Below are positions 24,877 to 34,664 of a DNA stretch of 50,644 bases, one piece after another. How positions within the stretch are numbered: the stretch's first letter is position 1; each line of letters opens with the position of its first letter. The notes under the pieces were generated by a model, which saw nothing but the letters and a program-made list of their open reading frames with translations, made no database searches and was not told the origin of the DNA. A program made the position numbers and the translations under genes. The stretch is from Dehalococcoidia bacterium (GTDB taxonomy: Bacteria; Chloroflexota; Dehalococcoidia; GIF9; UBA5629): positions 1 through 50,644 of the forward strand of contig DAOUAI010000149.1 in assembly GCA_034433775.1 (NCBI GenBank), read 5' to 3'.

Positions 24877-26316
24877 ATGAGGAAAATTTCAAGGACTATA
24901 TCTGGAGTAACCCCGGTAGCCGTTATGGCTAAGCCATCCGGCTGCCCCGGTAGATGTGTCTACTGCCCTGATTTCCCTGATATCCCGAAAAGCTATACGC
25001 CGGAATCACCAGCGGTGCTGAGAGCCAAAGCTTGTGATTACGACCCCAAGAAGCAGGTTGAGTTCAGGCTTAAGACGCTTTCTGCCATGGGGCATCCCGC
25101 AGACAAGGTAGAGCTTATAATAATGGGCGGTACCTTTCTAGCCTGTCCTGAGGACTACCAGTACCAGTTTGTAAAAGACTGCTACGATGCGCTTAACGGC
25201 TATGAGTCGCCAAATTTGGAAGCTGCTAAGAAAATTAACGAAAACGCCAGGCATCGGTGTGTTGGGCTGTGTATAGAGACCAGGCCAGACCGCTGTAGCG
25301 CAGAGGATATAGGACGGATGCTGGAGTTCGGCACCACCAGGGTGGAGCTGGGAGTCCAGACGCTGGACGATGAGATATATCGTTTGGTGAAGCGAGGACA
25401 TAGTGTAGCTGATGTGATTGAAGCGACTCGCCTTCTGAAGGACTGTGGTCTCAAGGTCTATTATCATTGGATGCCAGGTCTTCCCGGTTCGACTTCTGAG
25501 CATGACCTGGAACTGACAAACAGATTGTTCGATGACGTCAGCTTTAAGCCCGATGGGCTGAAGCTTTATCCTACTTTGGTGATAGCTGGTACAGAGCTGG
25601 AAAAATGGTACCGGAGCGGTTGTTATCGCCCTTACAGCATGGACGAGCTAGTGGGGTTGATGATAGGTATTAAGACACAGATCCCGGACTATGTCCGGGT
25701 TGCACGGGTGATGCGTGATATCCCCGATAGGTACATTGTTGCCGGCTGTAAAGATTTGGCGCTGCGGGGTTCCCTTAAGAAGAGGATGGCAGAGATAGGG
25801 GTAAATTGCCGCTGTGTCCGCTGTCGTGAATACGGACATCGGGCAAGGGATGGCTGGAAAATAGGCGACCCCGAATTGAAAAGGCTGGATTACGTGGCAT
25901 CAGACGGGCGTGAAGTATTTCTCTCTTTTGAAGATGGCGAGGGGACGTTGTTTGCTCTATTACGAATGAGATTCAGTGATTCCGTGATAGGCGCTGGTGA
26001 TGCTGCTATAATTCGGGAACTGCATGTTTTTGGGGCTGAGGTCCCGCTGGGAGAGCGAAGGGACATGGCTGTCCAGCATAGGGGGCTGGGAAAGCAATTA
26101 CTTCGTGAGGCTGAGGACATTGCCCGACGGGAATTCGGAGCTTCTAGAATGGCAATCATAAGCGGGGTTGGCGCCAGGGAGTACTTTCGTTCTGAATCTG
26201 GTTATGAACTTGATGGCGCCTATATGGTGAAAGACCTAGGTCTACCGTCTGTGGAACACGAGAAAGTCCGGCAGGACACCAATTTTGTAGTCAAAATAAC
26301 AAGCCCCCTTTCCTGA
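24877..26316 (+). CDS. elp3: Elp3-family tRNA U34 carboxymethyl-modification enzyme (radical SAM plus GNAT domains)
   Basis: Radical SAM cluster motif CPGRCVYCP. Elp3 core blocks VELIIMGGTF, TRVELGVQTLDDEIY and YHWMPGLPGS. C-terminal GNAT acetyl-CoA motif QHRGLGKQLL. Confidence 0.9.
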   Translation: MRKISRTISGVTPVAVMAKPSGCPGRCVYCPDFPDIPKSYTPESPAVLRAKACDYDPKKQVEFRLKTLSAMGHPADKVELIIMGGTFLACPEDYQYQFVKDCYDALNGYESPNLEAAKKINENARHRCVGLCIETRPDRCSAEDIGRMLEFGTTRVELGVQTLDDEIYRLVKRGHSVADVIEATRLLKDCGLKVYYHWMPGLPGSTSEHDLELTNRLFDDVSFKPDGLKLYPTLVIAGTELEKWYRSGCYRPYSMDELVGLMIGIKTQIPDYVRVARVMRDIPDRYIVAGCKDLALRGSLKKRMAEIGVNCRCVRCREYGHRARDGWKIGDPELKRLDYVASDGREVFLSFEDGEGTLFALLRMRFSDSVIGAGDAAIIRELHVFGAEVPLGERRDMAVQHRGLGKQLLREAEDIARREFGASRMAIISGVGAREYFRSESGYELDGAYMVKDLGLPSVEHEKVRQDTNFVVKITSPLS

Positions 26317-26318
26317 GC

Positions 26319-27293
26319 CTATTTCCTATGCAGGTGACAGGCGACCCAATGCCCTGGTGATATCTCTACCAGTTCTGGTTCTTCCTGCGAACAAAGTGGC
26401 ATGGTGCGATGGCATCTGGGGTGGAAGTGACAGCCTGAAGGTGGGTTGAGTGGTGAGGGCACATCACCTAGCAGGACAATTCTTTTTCCAGTTTTTCTCC
26501 TCAAACTAGGCACAGCGGAGATGAGTGCCTCTGTATAGGGGTGCAGAGGACTGTTAAACAGTTCTTTCTTCTCCGCCAGCTCTACGATTTTCCCTAAATA
26601 CATGACCGCTATCCGGTGCGCGACATATTTAATCACGGAGAGGTCGTGAGCAATGAGCAAGTAGGCTAGCCCCAGTTCTCCTTGAAGGTCCAGCATCAGG
26701 TTCAATATCTGGGCTTGAATAGAGACATCAAGGGCACTTACCGGCTCATCGGCGATGATCAGCTTGGGATTCAAGGCTAGAGCGCGGGCGATGCCGACGC
26801 GCTGTTTCTGTCCGCCGCTTAGTTCATGCGGGTACAGACTCGCCTGATTTGGTTCCAGCCCTACCTGTTTTAGTAACTTAGCTACGGTCTCGTCTCTTGA
26901 CCTCTCATCCCCAATATTGTGGATAGCTAGAGGTTCGCATATGGACTCACCGACGGTCATCCTCGGGTCGAGAGAAGCTTCAGGGTCCTGGAAGACTATT
27001 TGCATCTCCTTTCTTAATTCTCTGAGGGCACTTTTGTCCAGTCCGGTGATATCAGTACCTTCATAGATGATCCTGCCAGCAGTTGGCTCTTCTAACCTGA
27101 GGATGGTCTTGCCCAGGGTGGACTTGCCACAGCCAGACTCACCGACCAGCCCCAAGCTCTCGCCTTCATTGAGGTCGAAGGTCACGCCATCGACGGCTTT
27201 TATGTCACCTATGTGGTGAGAGAGTATGCCAGCAGTGAGCGGATAGTATTTTTTTAAATTTCTTACTTCCAGAAGTCTTCTCTGTTCAGACAT
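26319..27293 (-). CDS. Oligopeptide/dipeptide ABC transporter ATP-binding protein (OppF/DppF type)
   Basis: Walker [18 protein letters not shown], Walker B LIIADEP, and a C-terminal oligopeptide-type extension with Cys motif. Confidence 0.9.
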   Translation of the reverse strand: MSEQRRLLEVRNLKKYYPLTAGILSHHIGDIKAVDGVTFDLNEGESLGLVGESGCGKSTLGKTILRLEEPTAGRIIYEGTDITGLDKSALRELRKEMQIVFQDPEASLDPRMTVGESICEPLAIHNIGDERSRDETVAKLLKQVGLEPNQASLYPHELSGGQKQRVGIARALALNPKLIIADEPVSALDVSIQAQILNLMLDLQGELGLAYLLIAHDLSVIKYVAHRIAVMYLGKIVELAEKKELFNSPLHPYTEALISAVPSLRRKTGKRIVLLGDVPSPLNPPSGCHFHPRCHRTMPLCSQEEPELVEISPGHWVACHLHRK

Positions 27294-28269
27294 ACAGGTG
27301 GCACCTGACCTTGTGTTCTTTCGAAAGTGAGATTAGGGGTGGCTCTTGCTCGCTGCAGACCCTCATTGCCCTGGGGCACCTGGGATGGAAGGTGCAGCCA
27401 GATGGCAATCTCGAAGGGTCAGGAGTCATCCCCGGGATTGAACTCAGTCTATCAACGTCTTTTGAAATATCGGGCAGGCACTCCAGTAGTCCAGCAGTGT
27501 AAGGATGTTTCGGGGTACTGGTTATTTCCGAGACCGGTGCTGTTTCTACATCTTTGCCACCGTACATAACTACAGCCCTATCCCCTATTTCGGCTACCAC
27601 ACTGAAGTCGTGGGTTATAAAAATGATGGACATCTGCCTTATTCTTTTCAACTCACGGAAGATATCCAGCACTTGAGCTTTGATGGTAACGTCCACTGCG
27701 GTGGTAGGCTCATCGGCGATGAGTATTTTAGGGTCACAGCACAGGCTCATAGTTACTAGCACCCTCTGTTTCATGCCTCCAGATAGCTGATGAGGATAGT
27801 AGGCTAGGACCTCTTCTGCTGATGGTATGCCCATCTGGTGGAGTAGATTTATCGCCTTTTGTCGCGCCTCGCTATTGTTTAATGAGAGGTGGAGCTTCAT
27901 TTGCTCTATTATCTGGTCGCCTATGGTCAGTACAGGGTTGAGAGCCGACTGGGCTTCCTGGAGAACAATAGCGATCTCTTTACCTCTGATCTGTCTCAGT
28001 TGCTGTTGTGAGCATGCGGTCAGGTCGGTAGCGTTGTAGCGCACTTGTCCGCCTACTATTCTGGACGGTGGGCTGTCAAGCAGTCTGAGAATAGAGAGTG
28101 CGGTGACTGTTTTGCCGCATCCTGATTCTCCGACAAGGCAGAGGCATTCGCCTTTTCGTAATTCGAAGCTCACACCATCCACTGCTTTCACCACACCGCG
28201 GCGGGTGAAGAAATACGTTTTTAAATCACTCACACTGAGGATGATGTTATTCATATTTTCGGACTGCAT
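27286..28269 (-). CDS. Oligopeptide/dipeptide ABC transporter ATP-binding protein (OppD/DppD type)
   Basis: GESGCGKT, LSGGMKQR and ILIADEPTTAVD. Overlaps the next gene by 8 nt. Confidence 0.9.
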   Translation of the reverse strand: MQSENMNNIILSVSDLKTYFFTRRGVVKAVDGVSFELRKGECLCLVGESGCGKTVTALSILRLLDSPPSRIVGGQVRYNATDLTACSQQQLRQIRGKEIAIVLQEAQSALNPVLTIGDQIIEQMKLHLSLNNSEARQKAINLLHQMGIPSAEEVLAYYPHQLSGGMKQRVLVTMSLCCDPKILIADEPTTAVDVTIKAQVLDIFRELKRIRQMSIIFITHDFSVVAEIGDRAVVMYGGKDVETAPVSEITSTPKHPYTAGLLECLPDISKDVDRLSSIPGMTPDPSRLPSGCTFHPRCPRAMRVCSEQEPPLISLSKEHKVRCHLYV

Positions 28270-28285
28270 ATCTGCCTGTTATCCC

Positions 28286-29248
28286 TTAAATATTACTCTT
28301 CGGATCAAAAGCGTCCCTCAGCCCGTCACCGAGAAAGTTGAAAGCCAGGACGGTCAAGAGGAGCATAATCCCCGGTTCCACTGCCACCCACCAGGCGGTA
28401 TCTAGGCTGTGCTGTCCTTCTTCAAGGATTATTCCCCAGCTTGGTATTGTGGGGTCACCAAGCCCGATAAAGCTAAGGGCGGCTTCAGCCAGTATTACAC
28501 CGGGAATTGACAGTGTGGCAATGACGATGATAAGGCTAATGACATTTGGGATGAGGTGGCGGAAGACAACCCTGCCATCGCTGGCGCCCAGGGCTTTGGC
28601 TGCCACCACGAATTCCCGCGTCCTCAAGGATAGTGATTCGCTCCTTACCATGCGGGCAGTGCCTGTCCAGCCGGTAAGCCCTATCGCCATGACGATAAAG
28701 GCGAGGCTGGGTCCGAAGATGAAGACTATGAGCACGAGCAGGAGGAAGAAGGGGAAGGTCATCATCACATCGGTAAACCTCATCAGAGCATTGTCCACCC
28801 AGCCGCCCAGGTAAGCCGACATAACGCCGATGATGGTGCCGATGATTATAGCTATGCCAGTCGCCAACAGCCCTACTTGAAGAGACACTCTTGCCCCGGA
28901 CACTATCATTGCCAACATGTCCCGTCCTTTTCTATCGGTGCCGAGCGGGTGTTTCCATGTGCCTGCGACTTTGGTGATGATGAACTCGTCACTCTCTATT
29001 TTGTAGACAGACTGCGTTGTATTGAAGCCGATAGGCGGCAGGTTCTTTGCTTCAAAATCTACCTCCGTGGGGTCAGGTGCGAAAAAAGGTCCGAAGATGG
29101 CAACGAGGGCAAGGAAAATTATGAAGGCAAGACCGAAGACAGCCAGTCGGTTGCGGGTCATTCTACGCCAGTAATAGCTAATTAGCCGCAGGCTACTGCC
29201 CGAAGGGAGCACTGTGCTGTTGCCTGCCATTTTAGCTCTGTTACTCAT
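28286..29248 (-). CDS. Peptide ABC transporter permease (OppC/DppC type)
   Basis: BPD-transporter permease with an EAA-like loop (AAKALGASDGRVVFRHLIPN). ATG 29248 with a GAGGA SD is preferred over TTG 29266. Confidence 0.9.
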   Translation of the reverse strand: MSNRAKMAGNSTVLPSGSSLRLISYYWRRMTRNRLAVFGLAFIIFLALVAIFGPFFAPDPTEVDFEAKNLPPIGFNTTQSVYKIESDEFIITKVAGTWKHPLGTDRKGRDMLAMIVSGARVSLQVGLLATGIAIIIGTIIGVMSAYLGGWVDNALMRFTDVMMTFPFFLLLVLIVFIFGPSLAFIVMAIGLTGWTGTARMVRSESLSLRTREFVVAAKALGASDGRVVFRHLIPNVISLIIVIATLSIPGVILAEAALSFIGLGDPTIPSWGIILEEGQHSLDTAWWVAVEPGIMLLLTVLAFNFLGDGLRDAFDPKSNI

Positions 29249-30218
29249 ACCTGATCCTCGGGTCAAGGTAGGTGTAAGTTATATCTGTAAGCAGGTTGAC
29301 CAGTAATACCACCAGAGTGCCGATGAGGGTCACGGCAACCACTACCGGGTAATCATTGGCAAAGATGGCATTGAAAGAGACCTGCCCCAGACCGGGGATG
29401 CCAAAGACGATTTCCGTGAGGTAAGCGCCTCCGAAGACTATACTACCCAGGTCGAACATTATTATCGTTATCAGCGGTAATAGGGCATTTCGGAAAACGT
29501 GTTTCCCGATGACTAGCCGCTCCGGTAACCCTTTAGCCCTTGCTGTAATGACGAACGGTTTTCGTAAGTTGTCCAGCATGGCTGACCTGGTATACCTGAC
29601 ATAGGCGGCGAGCATTCCGGTGCCCAGGGTAATCACCGGCAGTACCAGCGCTTTAAGGTTGGCGATGGAGAACAGAGGTAATGTGGTGTCATAATATGTC
29701 TTAAATAGCCCCAGTTTCACCGAGAAGACGAGGATAAGCATGACCCCTAGCCAGAAGTTGGGTATAGATATGCCGATGAAGGAGAGAAAGGTGAAGGCGT
29801 AATCGGTCTTGGTGTATTGTCTTACCGCGGAATAGATGCCGATAAGGATGCCCAGCAAGGCAGCGAAAATGCTGCTTAAGAGTATTAACTGAAAGGAGTA
29901 CACCCAGTGGTGCTTGATCAGTTCCATCACCGGCATCGAGGTGCTGAATGACCAACCCCAGTTGCCACGCAATAGATTGAGCATATACTCCCCGTATTGC
30001 TGGAGCAATGGCTTGTCCAGCCCATACCTGGCTTCGATGGCGGCTATTACCTGAGAGGGGTCCTGCCCTCTGGCAGCCAGGTTGGCAAGGTATTTATCAG
30101 CAGGGGAGCTGGGTCCCACTCTGACAAGGATGAAGGTGACGGTAAGTATGCCCCAGGCAATGAGGACGGAGTAGAAGAGCCTTTTGATGATATAGTCGCG
30201 GAGCCAGCTCTTTCTCAT
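29241..30218 (-). CDS. Peptide ABC transporter permease (OppB/DppB type)
   Basis: N-terminal YIIKRLFYSVLIAWGILTVTF and TARAKGLPERLVIGKHVFRNALLP, typical of OppB/DppB. Confidence 0.9.
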   Translation of the reverse strand: MRKSWLRDYIIKRLFYSVLIAWGILTVTFILVRVGPSSPADKYLANLAARGQDPSQVIAAIEARYGLDKPLLQQYGEYMLNLLRGNWGWSFSTSMPVMELIKHHWVYSFQLILLSSIFAALLGILIGIYSAVRQYTKTDYAFTFLSFIGISIPNFWLGVMLILVFSVKLGLFKTYYDTTLPLFSIANLKALVLPVITLGTGMLAAYVRYTRSAMLDNLRKPFVITARAKGLPERLVIGKHVFRNALLPLITIIMFDLGSIVFGGAYLTEIVFGIPGLGQVSFNAIFANDYPVVVAVTLIGTLVVLLVNLLTDITYTYLDPRIRYE

Positions 30219-30279
30219 AGTCGGCGGTTACCCGGCAGACCGGGCTGGATTTCCTTGCCAGCCTGTACAGGCATGGTTA

Positions 30280-32040
30280 TTATTCAAAGTACCAGAGATA
30301 GTAGTTATAGTACATATTGATCCCTGGCTCGATGCCCATCACATTTTTCTGGAAGCCGCGGTTAGCCCTGTGGAAGGTGAGGAAGTTGACCGGTTGCTCT
30401 TCGGAGAGTAAACGAGAGAGTTCAGCATAAATTTTTTGCCTTACTTCCTTGTCCAGCGCTTCCTTTGATTTAGCTCTGGCAAAAAGCCCATCGACTTCGG
30501 GGTTGGAATAGCCCATAAAGTTGAGCCCTCCGTGTGAGGCGAAGAAAACGTGGCTCCCTGAAGGCGCCAGCGGGTCGGTGCCAAATCCCATGAGGATGAG
30601 GTCCCATTCCTCCTGGCTCACTGCTTCGGGACCGTTGTTGTAAGCCGGCTCCTGTTTTGAGCCTGGTACGGCGTTCATAACATACCCTCTTAGCAGTGTG
30701 GGCCAGGGGACCAGTTTGATTGTTGTCTCAATGCCGAGGTCGAGGAGTTCTTTTCGAACGAAGAAAGCCATATCCTCCGCAGGCTTACTGCCAACATTTA
30801 CCACCAGGGTAAGTTGCAGCAGTTTACCATCCCTGTCGGTGACCTTTATGGTGCCGTCAGCCTGTTTTACGCCGTAGCCCAGTTGATATAAGATCTCGGC
30901 GGCTTTTTGTTTATCATAAAGTGCGTCCACCCCGTACTTTACAATACCTTCCTCTGTGTACCAGGGGGATACTTTGGGGATGAAACTAAAAGCAGGTTCA
31001 GCGAAGCCAAGCAGGATGTTCTGGGTGACCGCCTGCTTGCTTATTGCCATAGAGAGGGCTTGCCTCACCTCTTTGTGCCTTAGTCCTTCCCAGCCATTAG
31101 CCCTCTGGTTGTAGGCAAGTATAGTGTAGCCTGAGGTGGGCACAGTGTAGACCTTAATTTTAGGGTTGCTCTTAAATTTCGCCACCTGTTCCGGTTCGAT
31201 ACCGGTAGCGGTTATATCGCCAGCTTCTAAAGCTGCCTGCCTGGTGGCTGAGGTGCCGAAGAGCTTTATTACATACTGCTTGAAGTAAGGGGCGCCAACG
31301 TCTTTGCCCAGATAGTAGTCGGGGTTGCGTTCCACCACGAATCTATCGTTGCGGTTCCATTCCTTGAAGCGGTAGGGACCGAGGTTGCCAGTGTAGGTCA
31401 GGTTATTGAACTCGGGAGCGCGCATAAAGGCTTCGGCATCGCCTTCGTATTTCTGGGCTATGTATTTAGGGTATGGGGTAAGGTCATATAGTGTATAAAC
31501 GAACTCGGCATCAACGGTCTGTCGGGTGATAGTAAACGTGGTCTCATTGACCACCTCGGGTTTAACGAACACTCTTTCGCCGTTTACTTCTTCCTGCCAG
31601 TCGCTTTTATAAGGGTAGTTCAACCAGTCGGAGAACATAAGGTTCTTGAGGGTATAGACGTAGTCTTCTGCAGTGACCGGGGAGCCATCGCTCCATCTTA
31701 AGTCGTCTCTAATAGTCACGGTGAATACCAGACCATCGGGTGATACCTCGATGTCTTTAGCCAGGCAGCGGAGCTGGATGTTGAACTCGTTATCATAGGT
31801 TGCCAGTGAGTCCAGAGTGTGTCCTACATAGCTGAACGATGTGGCATCGGCAGCCAGGATCCAGTTGAGCGTCTCAGCATCACCCCCTGACTCCCCTTCT
31901 ATGAAAATGCCTTTGACCTGAATTTCACCTGGCTCTTTTATCCCGCCTTTTGCGGGAGCCAGGGCGAAATAAATGCCAGCTGCTACCAGACATATGGCTC
32001 CGATTGCAGCACAGGCTATAATGACTGCTCTTTTGTTCAT
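30280..32040 (-). CDS. Peptide ABC transporter substrate-binding protein (family 5), membrane-anchored
   Basis: 586 aa with an N-terminal signal-anchor helix. Family-5 SBP-like sequence. First gene of the permease/ATPase operon. Confidence 0.85.
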   Translation of the reverse strand: MNKRAVIIACAAIGAICLVAAGIYFALAPAKGGIKEPGEIQVKGIFIEGESGGDAETLNWILAADATSFSYVGHTLDSLATYDNEFNIQLRCLAKDIEVSPDGLVFTVTIRDDLRWSDGSPVTAEDYVYTLKNLMFSDWLNYPYKSDWQEEVNGERVFVKPEVVNETTFTITRQTVDAEFVYTLYDLTPYPKYIAQKYEGDAEAFMRAPEFNNLTYTGNLGPYRFKEWNRNDRFVVERNPDYYLGKDVGAPYFKQYVIKLFGTSATRQAALEAGDITATGIEPEQVAKFKSNPKIKVYTVPTSGYTILAYNQRANGWEGLRHKEVRQALSMAISKQAVTQNILLGFAEPAFSFIPKVSPWYTEEGIVKYGVDALYDKQKAAEILYQLGYGVKQADGTIKVTDRDGKLLQLTLVVNVGSKPAEDMAFFVRKELLDLGIETTIKLVPWPTLLRGYVMNAVPGSKQEPAYNNGPEAVSQEEWDLILMGFGTDPLAPSGSHVFFASHGGLNFMGYSNPEVDGLFARAKSKEALDKEVRQKIYAELSRLLSEEQPVNFLTFHRANRGFQKNVMGIEPGINMYYNYYLWYFE

Positions 32041-32159
32041 TTAACCAGCCTCCTTCTCGGCGGTTGCTTATCCCTTCTTTGTTTCGCCTGCTGTTTTACC
32101 GATTTACCTGATTTGAAGCGGTTTAAATTGAGAAATCCTTTGTTGGACATGAGTATATC

Positions 32160-33329
32160 TTACAGAAAACTGGTCTTCAATCTCCGGATAACCTCTTCCA
32201 CATCTTCTCCCGATCTCTTGATACGCTTTAAAGCTTCATCAACCCTGCGATATTTTTCCTTATCATGCAGGTCGCTCAAAGTCTCATAGAGTCCGGCTCT
32301 GCGCCCCAGCTTGAAATTGAGTCTCTCTTCCTCTGGCAGAGAAAAATACCTGTTTATCGTGGCAAGACAAGAAGCTTTTGCTTCAGGGAATTTACCTTCA
32401 AGTTCAGGCAATAAGTTGAGGACATGGTCACTCTTGAGTTCACTGGTGACCTCAAGCCCGGCGATAAAGTTGCCAATTTCTTCTACTATCTCGTCCTCTG
32501 TTTGGACTTCAAAGTCGCCGGACTCCAGTTTTTGTCCCAAGGGGGTATCCGGGTGTACATGGAGGGTGCGCAGTCTGATATGGTCAGGATTGATTGCGTT
32601 AAGCACTCTTGCGGTTTCAGTGGCATGTTCAGCAGACATCTTTCTACCCCCCAAGCCCGGCATCACATATTCGCATAGTGAAATGCCTGCCTCTTTGACC
32701 TTTCTGCCGCCGATGATGTGTTCCTCTGCAGTCACTCCTTTGTCCATGTAGTTGAGCACGGCATTCGAGCCGCTTTCCAGCCCGATATGCAGCCGGGAAA
32801 GCCCCGCCTCTTTTAGTTCTTTAAGTTCCCCGAGCGACTTCTTGGCTGCGGTCTTGGAGCGAGCATAAGATGTTATTCTGGACAGGTCAGGGAAAGCCTG
32901 TTTCAGGGCTGAGACCACTTTTACTAAATCAGGAGTCCTCATTATCAGGCTGTTAGCGTCCTGTAAGAAGGCTGTTTCACCCCCACCCCAGAGCCAGAGG
33001 GCAACATTGCGCACACTCACATTTTGGTAATTGTGGTAGATAATAGCGGCTGTTTCTCTTACCCGTCCACCATTACCTGACCTCCAGGCCAGCTCTTTTA
33101 TCCCCTCAGCGATGGCTTTGGCGGTCTCGATGTCCTTGATTACATCTTCTGCAGTGCGCAGTTCAAACCTTTGTCCTTTATAGACCGGGCAGAACTGACA
33201 TCGGTTCCAGGGGCAGTTCCTGGTCGCCCGGATAAGCAACGAGAAAGCCTCGCTGGGGGGTCTTATCGGACCTGTCTCAAACCAGAGGTCCAGCTTATGT
33301 GTATTGATATGATAGTCCAGGCGCATCAT
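32160..33329 (-). CDS. Radical SAM domain protein with CX4CX2C cluster motif
   Basis: RNCPWNRCQFCPVY was read directly from the DNA. TIM-barrel-like core (SRLHIGLESGS). Function unknown. Confidence 0.75.
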   Translation of the reverse strand: MMRLDYHINTHKLDLWFETGPIRPPSEAFSLLIRATRNCPWNRCQFCPVYKGQRFELRTAEDVIKDIETAKAIAEGIKELAWRSGNGGRVRETAAIIYHNYQNVSVRNVALWLWGGGETAFLQDANSLIMRTPDLVKVVSALKQAFPDLSRITSYARSKTAAKKSLGELKELKEAGLSRLHIGLESGSNAVLNYMDKGVTAEEHIIGGRKVKEAGISLCEYVMPGLGGRKMSAEHATETARVLNAINPDHIRLRTLHVHPDTPLGQKLESGDFEVQTEDEIVEEIGNFIAGLEVTSELKSDHVLNLLPELEGKFPEAKASCLATINRYFSLPEEERLNFKLGRRAGLYETLSDLHDKEKYRRVDEALKRIKRSGEDVEEVIRRLKTSFL

Positions 33330-33384
33330 TTAATTTTAAACTTTAGCCATCCAAATTTCCAATCATGGACTTGGCGGTAGAGAA

Positions 33385-34041
33385 ATGGTAACATTTTTAA
33401 ACGGAATGGGCAGGCTCGACGGAATTCGAATAGTGTCCTTCGATGTTGAAGGGACCCTGGTGACGCCTGATTTCAGCTATTCAGTGTGGTATGAGGCTAT
33501 ACCCCGGAAATATGCCGAGAAGAATGGTATAGACTTTGAGACCGCCAGAAGAATCATAGAAGAAGAGTATGCGAAGATAGGTGACCAGCGGCTGGAGTGG
33601 TACGACGTGCGTTACTGGTTCCGTAAGTTTGGTCTTGGCTCCGCCGAGCCAGTACTGGAGAGTTATCGTAACCGCGTCGCTTATTACCATGAGGTCAAAG
33701 ACGTGCTGAGCGAATTGAGCGGGCGGTACACGTTGATTGTAGCTTCGGGCTCAATGCGTGAGTTCCTGTGTCATCTTCTCCACGATGTCGAACCTTATTT
33801 CAGCAGGGTCTTCTCCTCGCTTTCTGATTATCAGCAGCTGAAGACGCCTGAGTTCTACTGGCAAATATGTCAGGTGATGGGAGTGCGTCCTGAAGAGATG
33901 GTCCATGTGGGTGATAACCGGGACTTTGATTTTGTTGCCCCGCAGAAGATAGGGGTGCGTGCGTTCCACCTTGACAGGAAGGGGGAGCATGGTGATGCCC
34001 TGACCAGCTTGATGGAATTGAAGACCAAGCTAGTGTGTTAG
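33385..34041 (+). CDS. HAD-superfamily hydrolase
   Basis: Motif I FDVEGTL. Motif IV-like VGDNRDFD. Confidence 0.8.
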   Translation: MVTFLNGMGRLDGIRIVSFDVEGTLVTPDFSYSVWYEAIPRKYAEKNGIDFETARRIIEEEYAKIGDQRLEWYDVRYWFRKFGLGSAEPVLESYRNRVAYYHEVKDVLSELSGRYTLIVASGSMREFLCHLLHDVEPYFSRVFSSLSDYQQLKTPEFYWQICQVMGVRPEEMVHVGDNRDFDFVAPQKIGVRAFHLDRKGEHGDALTSLMELKTKLVC

Positions 34042-34092
34042 CCCGCTTAATAGTTATGTGACGGGCTAAATAAAAGGCAAAGGAGGCTCGGC

Positions 34093-34653
34093 ATGAATGA
34101 GATGCTCAGAGTGATTATGGGCAGGAGGAGTGTGAGGAGGTACCAGGAAAAGCAGATTACCGACAGTGAGATACAGGCGATTATGGAAGCTGCCATTCAT
34201 GCGCCCAGCGCGATGAATGCGCAGCGGTGGTACTTTGCAGTGGTGCAGAATAGAGGTCTACTGGACAAGATGGTGGACATTATCAAAGAGAATGTTATGA
34301 ATTCCGGACCCGAAATGATGAAGCAAAGGGTCAGCGACCCTCAATACCACACCTTCTACCATGCACCCACGGTGGTCATGGTATTTGCTGATGAGAAACA
34401 CAGGTTTGGTCATGTTGATTGTGGACTGGCTATGGAGAATATCGCTCTGGCAGCAGAATCACTGGGCATTGGCTCATGCGTGATGGCTTCTCCAGGGCTT
34501 CTGTTTACTTCGGAGAAGGGGAATGCGATAAAGAAAGAGCTGGGTGTGCCAGAGGGCTACAACTTTGTTTGTGCTGTCTCGCTGGGGTACATTGAAGGCG
34601 GGAAGCCAGATGTGCCGCCGAAGAACAGGGATGTAGTAAAGTACATCAAATAA
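34093..34653 (+). CDS. Nitroreductase-family FMN oxidoreductase
   Basis: RRSVRRYQEKQI N-terminal signature. About 186 aa. Confidence 0.85.
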   Translation: MNEMLRVIMGRRSVRRYQEKQITDSEIQAIMEAAIHAPSAMNAQRWYFAVVQNRGLLDKMVDIIKENVMNSGPEMMKQRVSDPQYHTFYHAPTVVMVFADEKHRFGHVDCGLAMENIALAAESLGIGSCVMASPGLLFTSEKGNAIKKELGVPEGYNFVCAVSLGYIEGGKPDVPPKNRDVVKYIK

Positions 34654-34664
34654 GGGAGCGAGTC

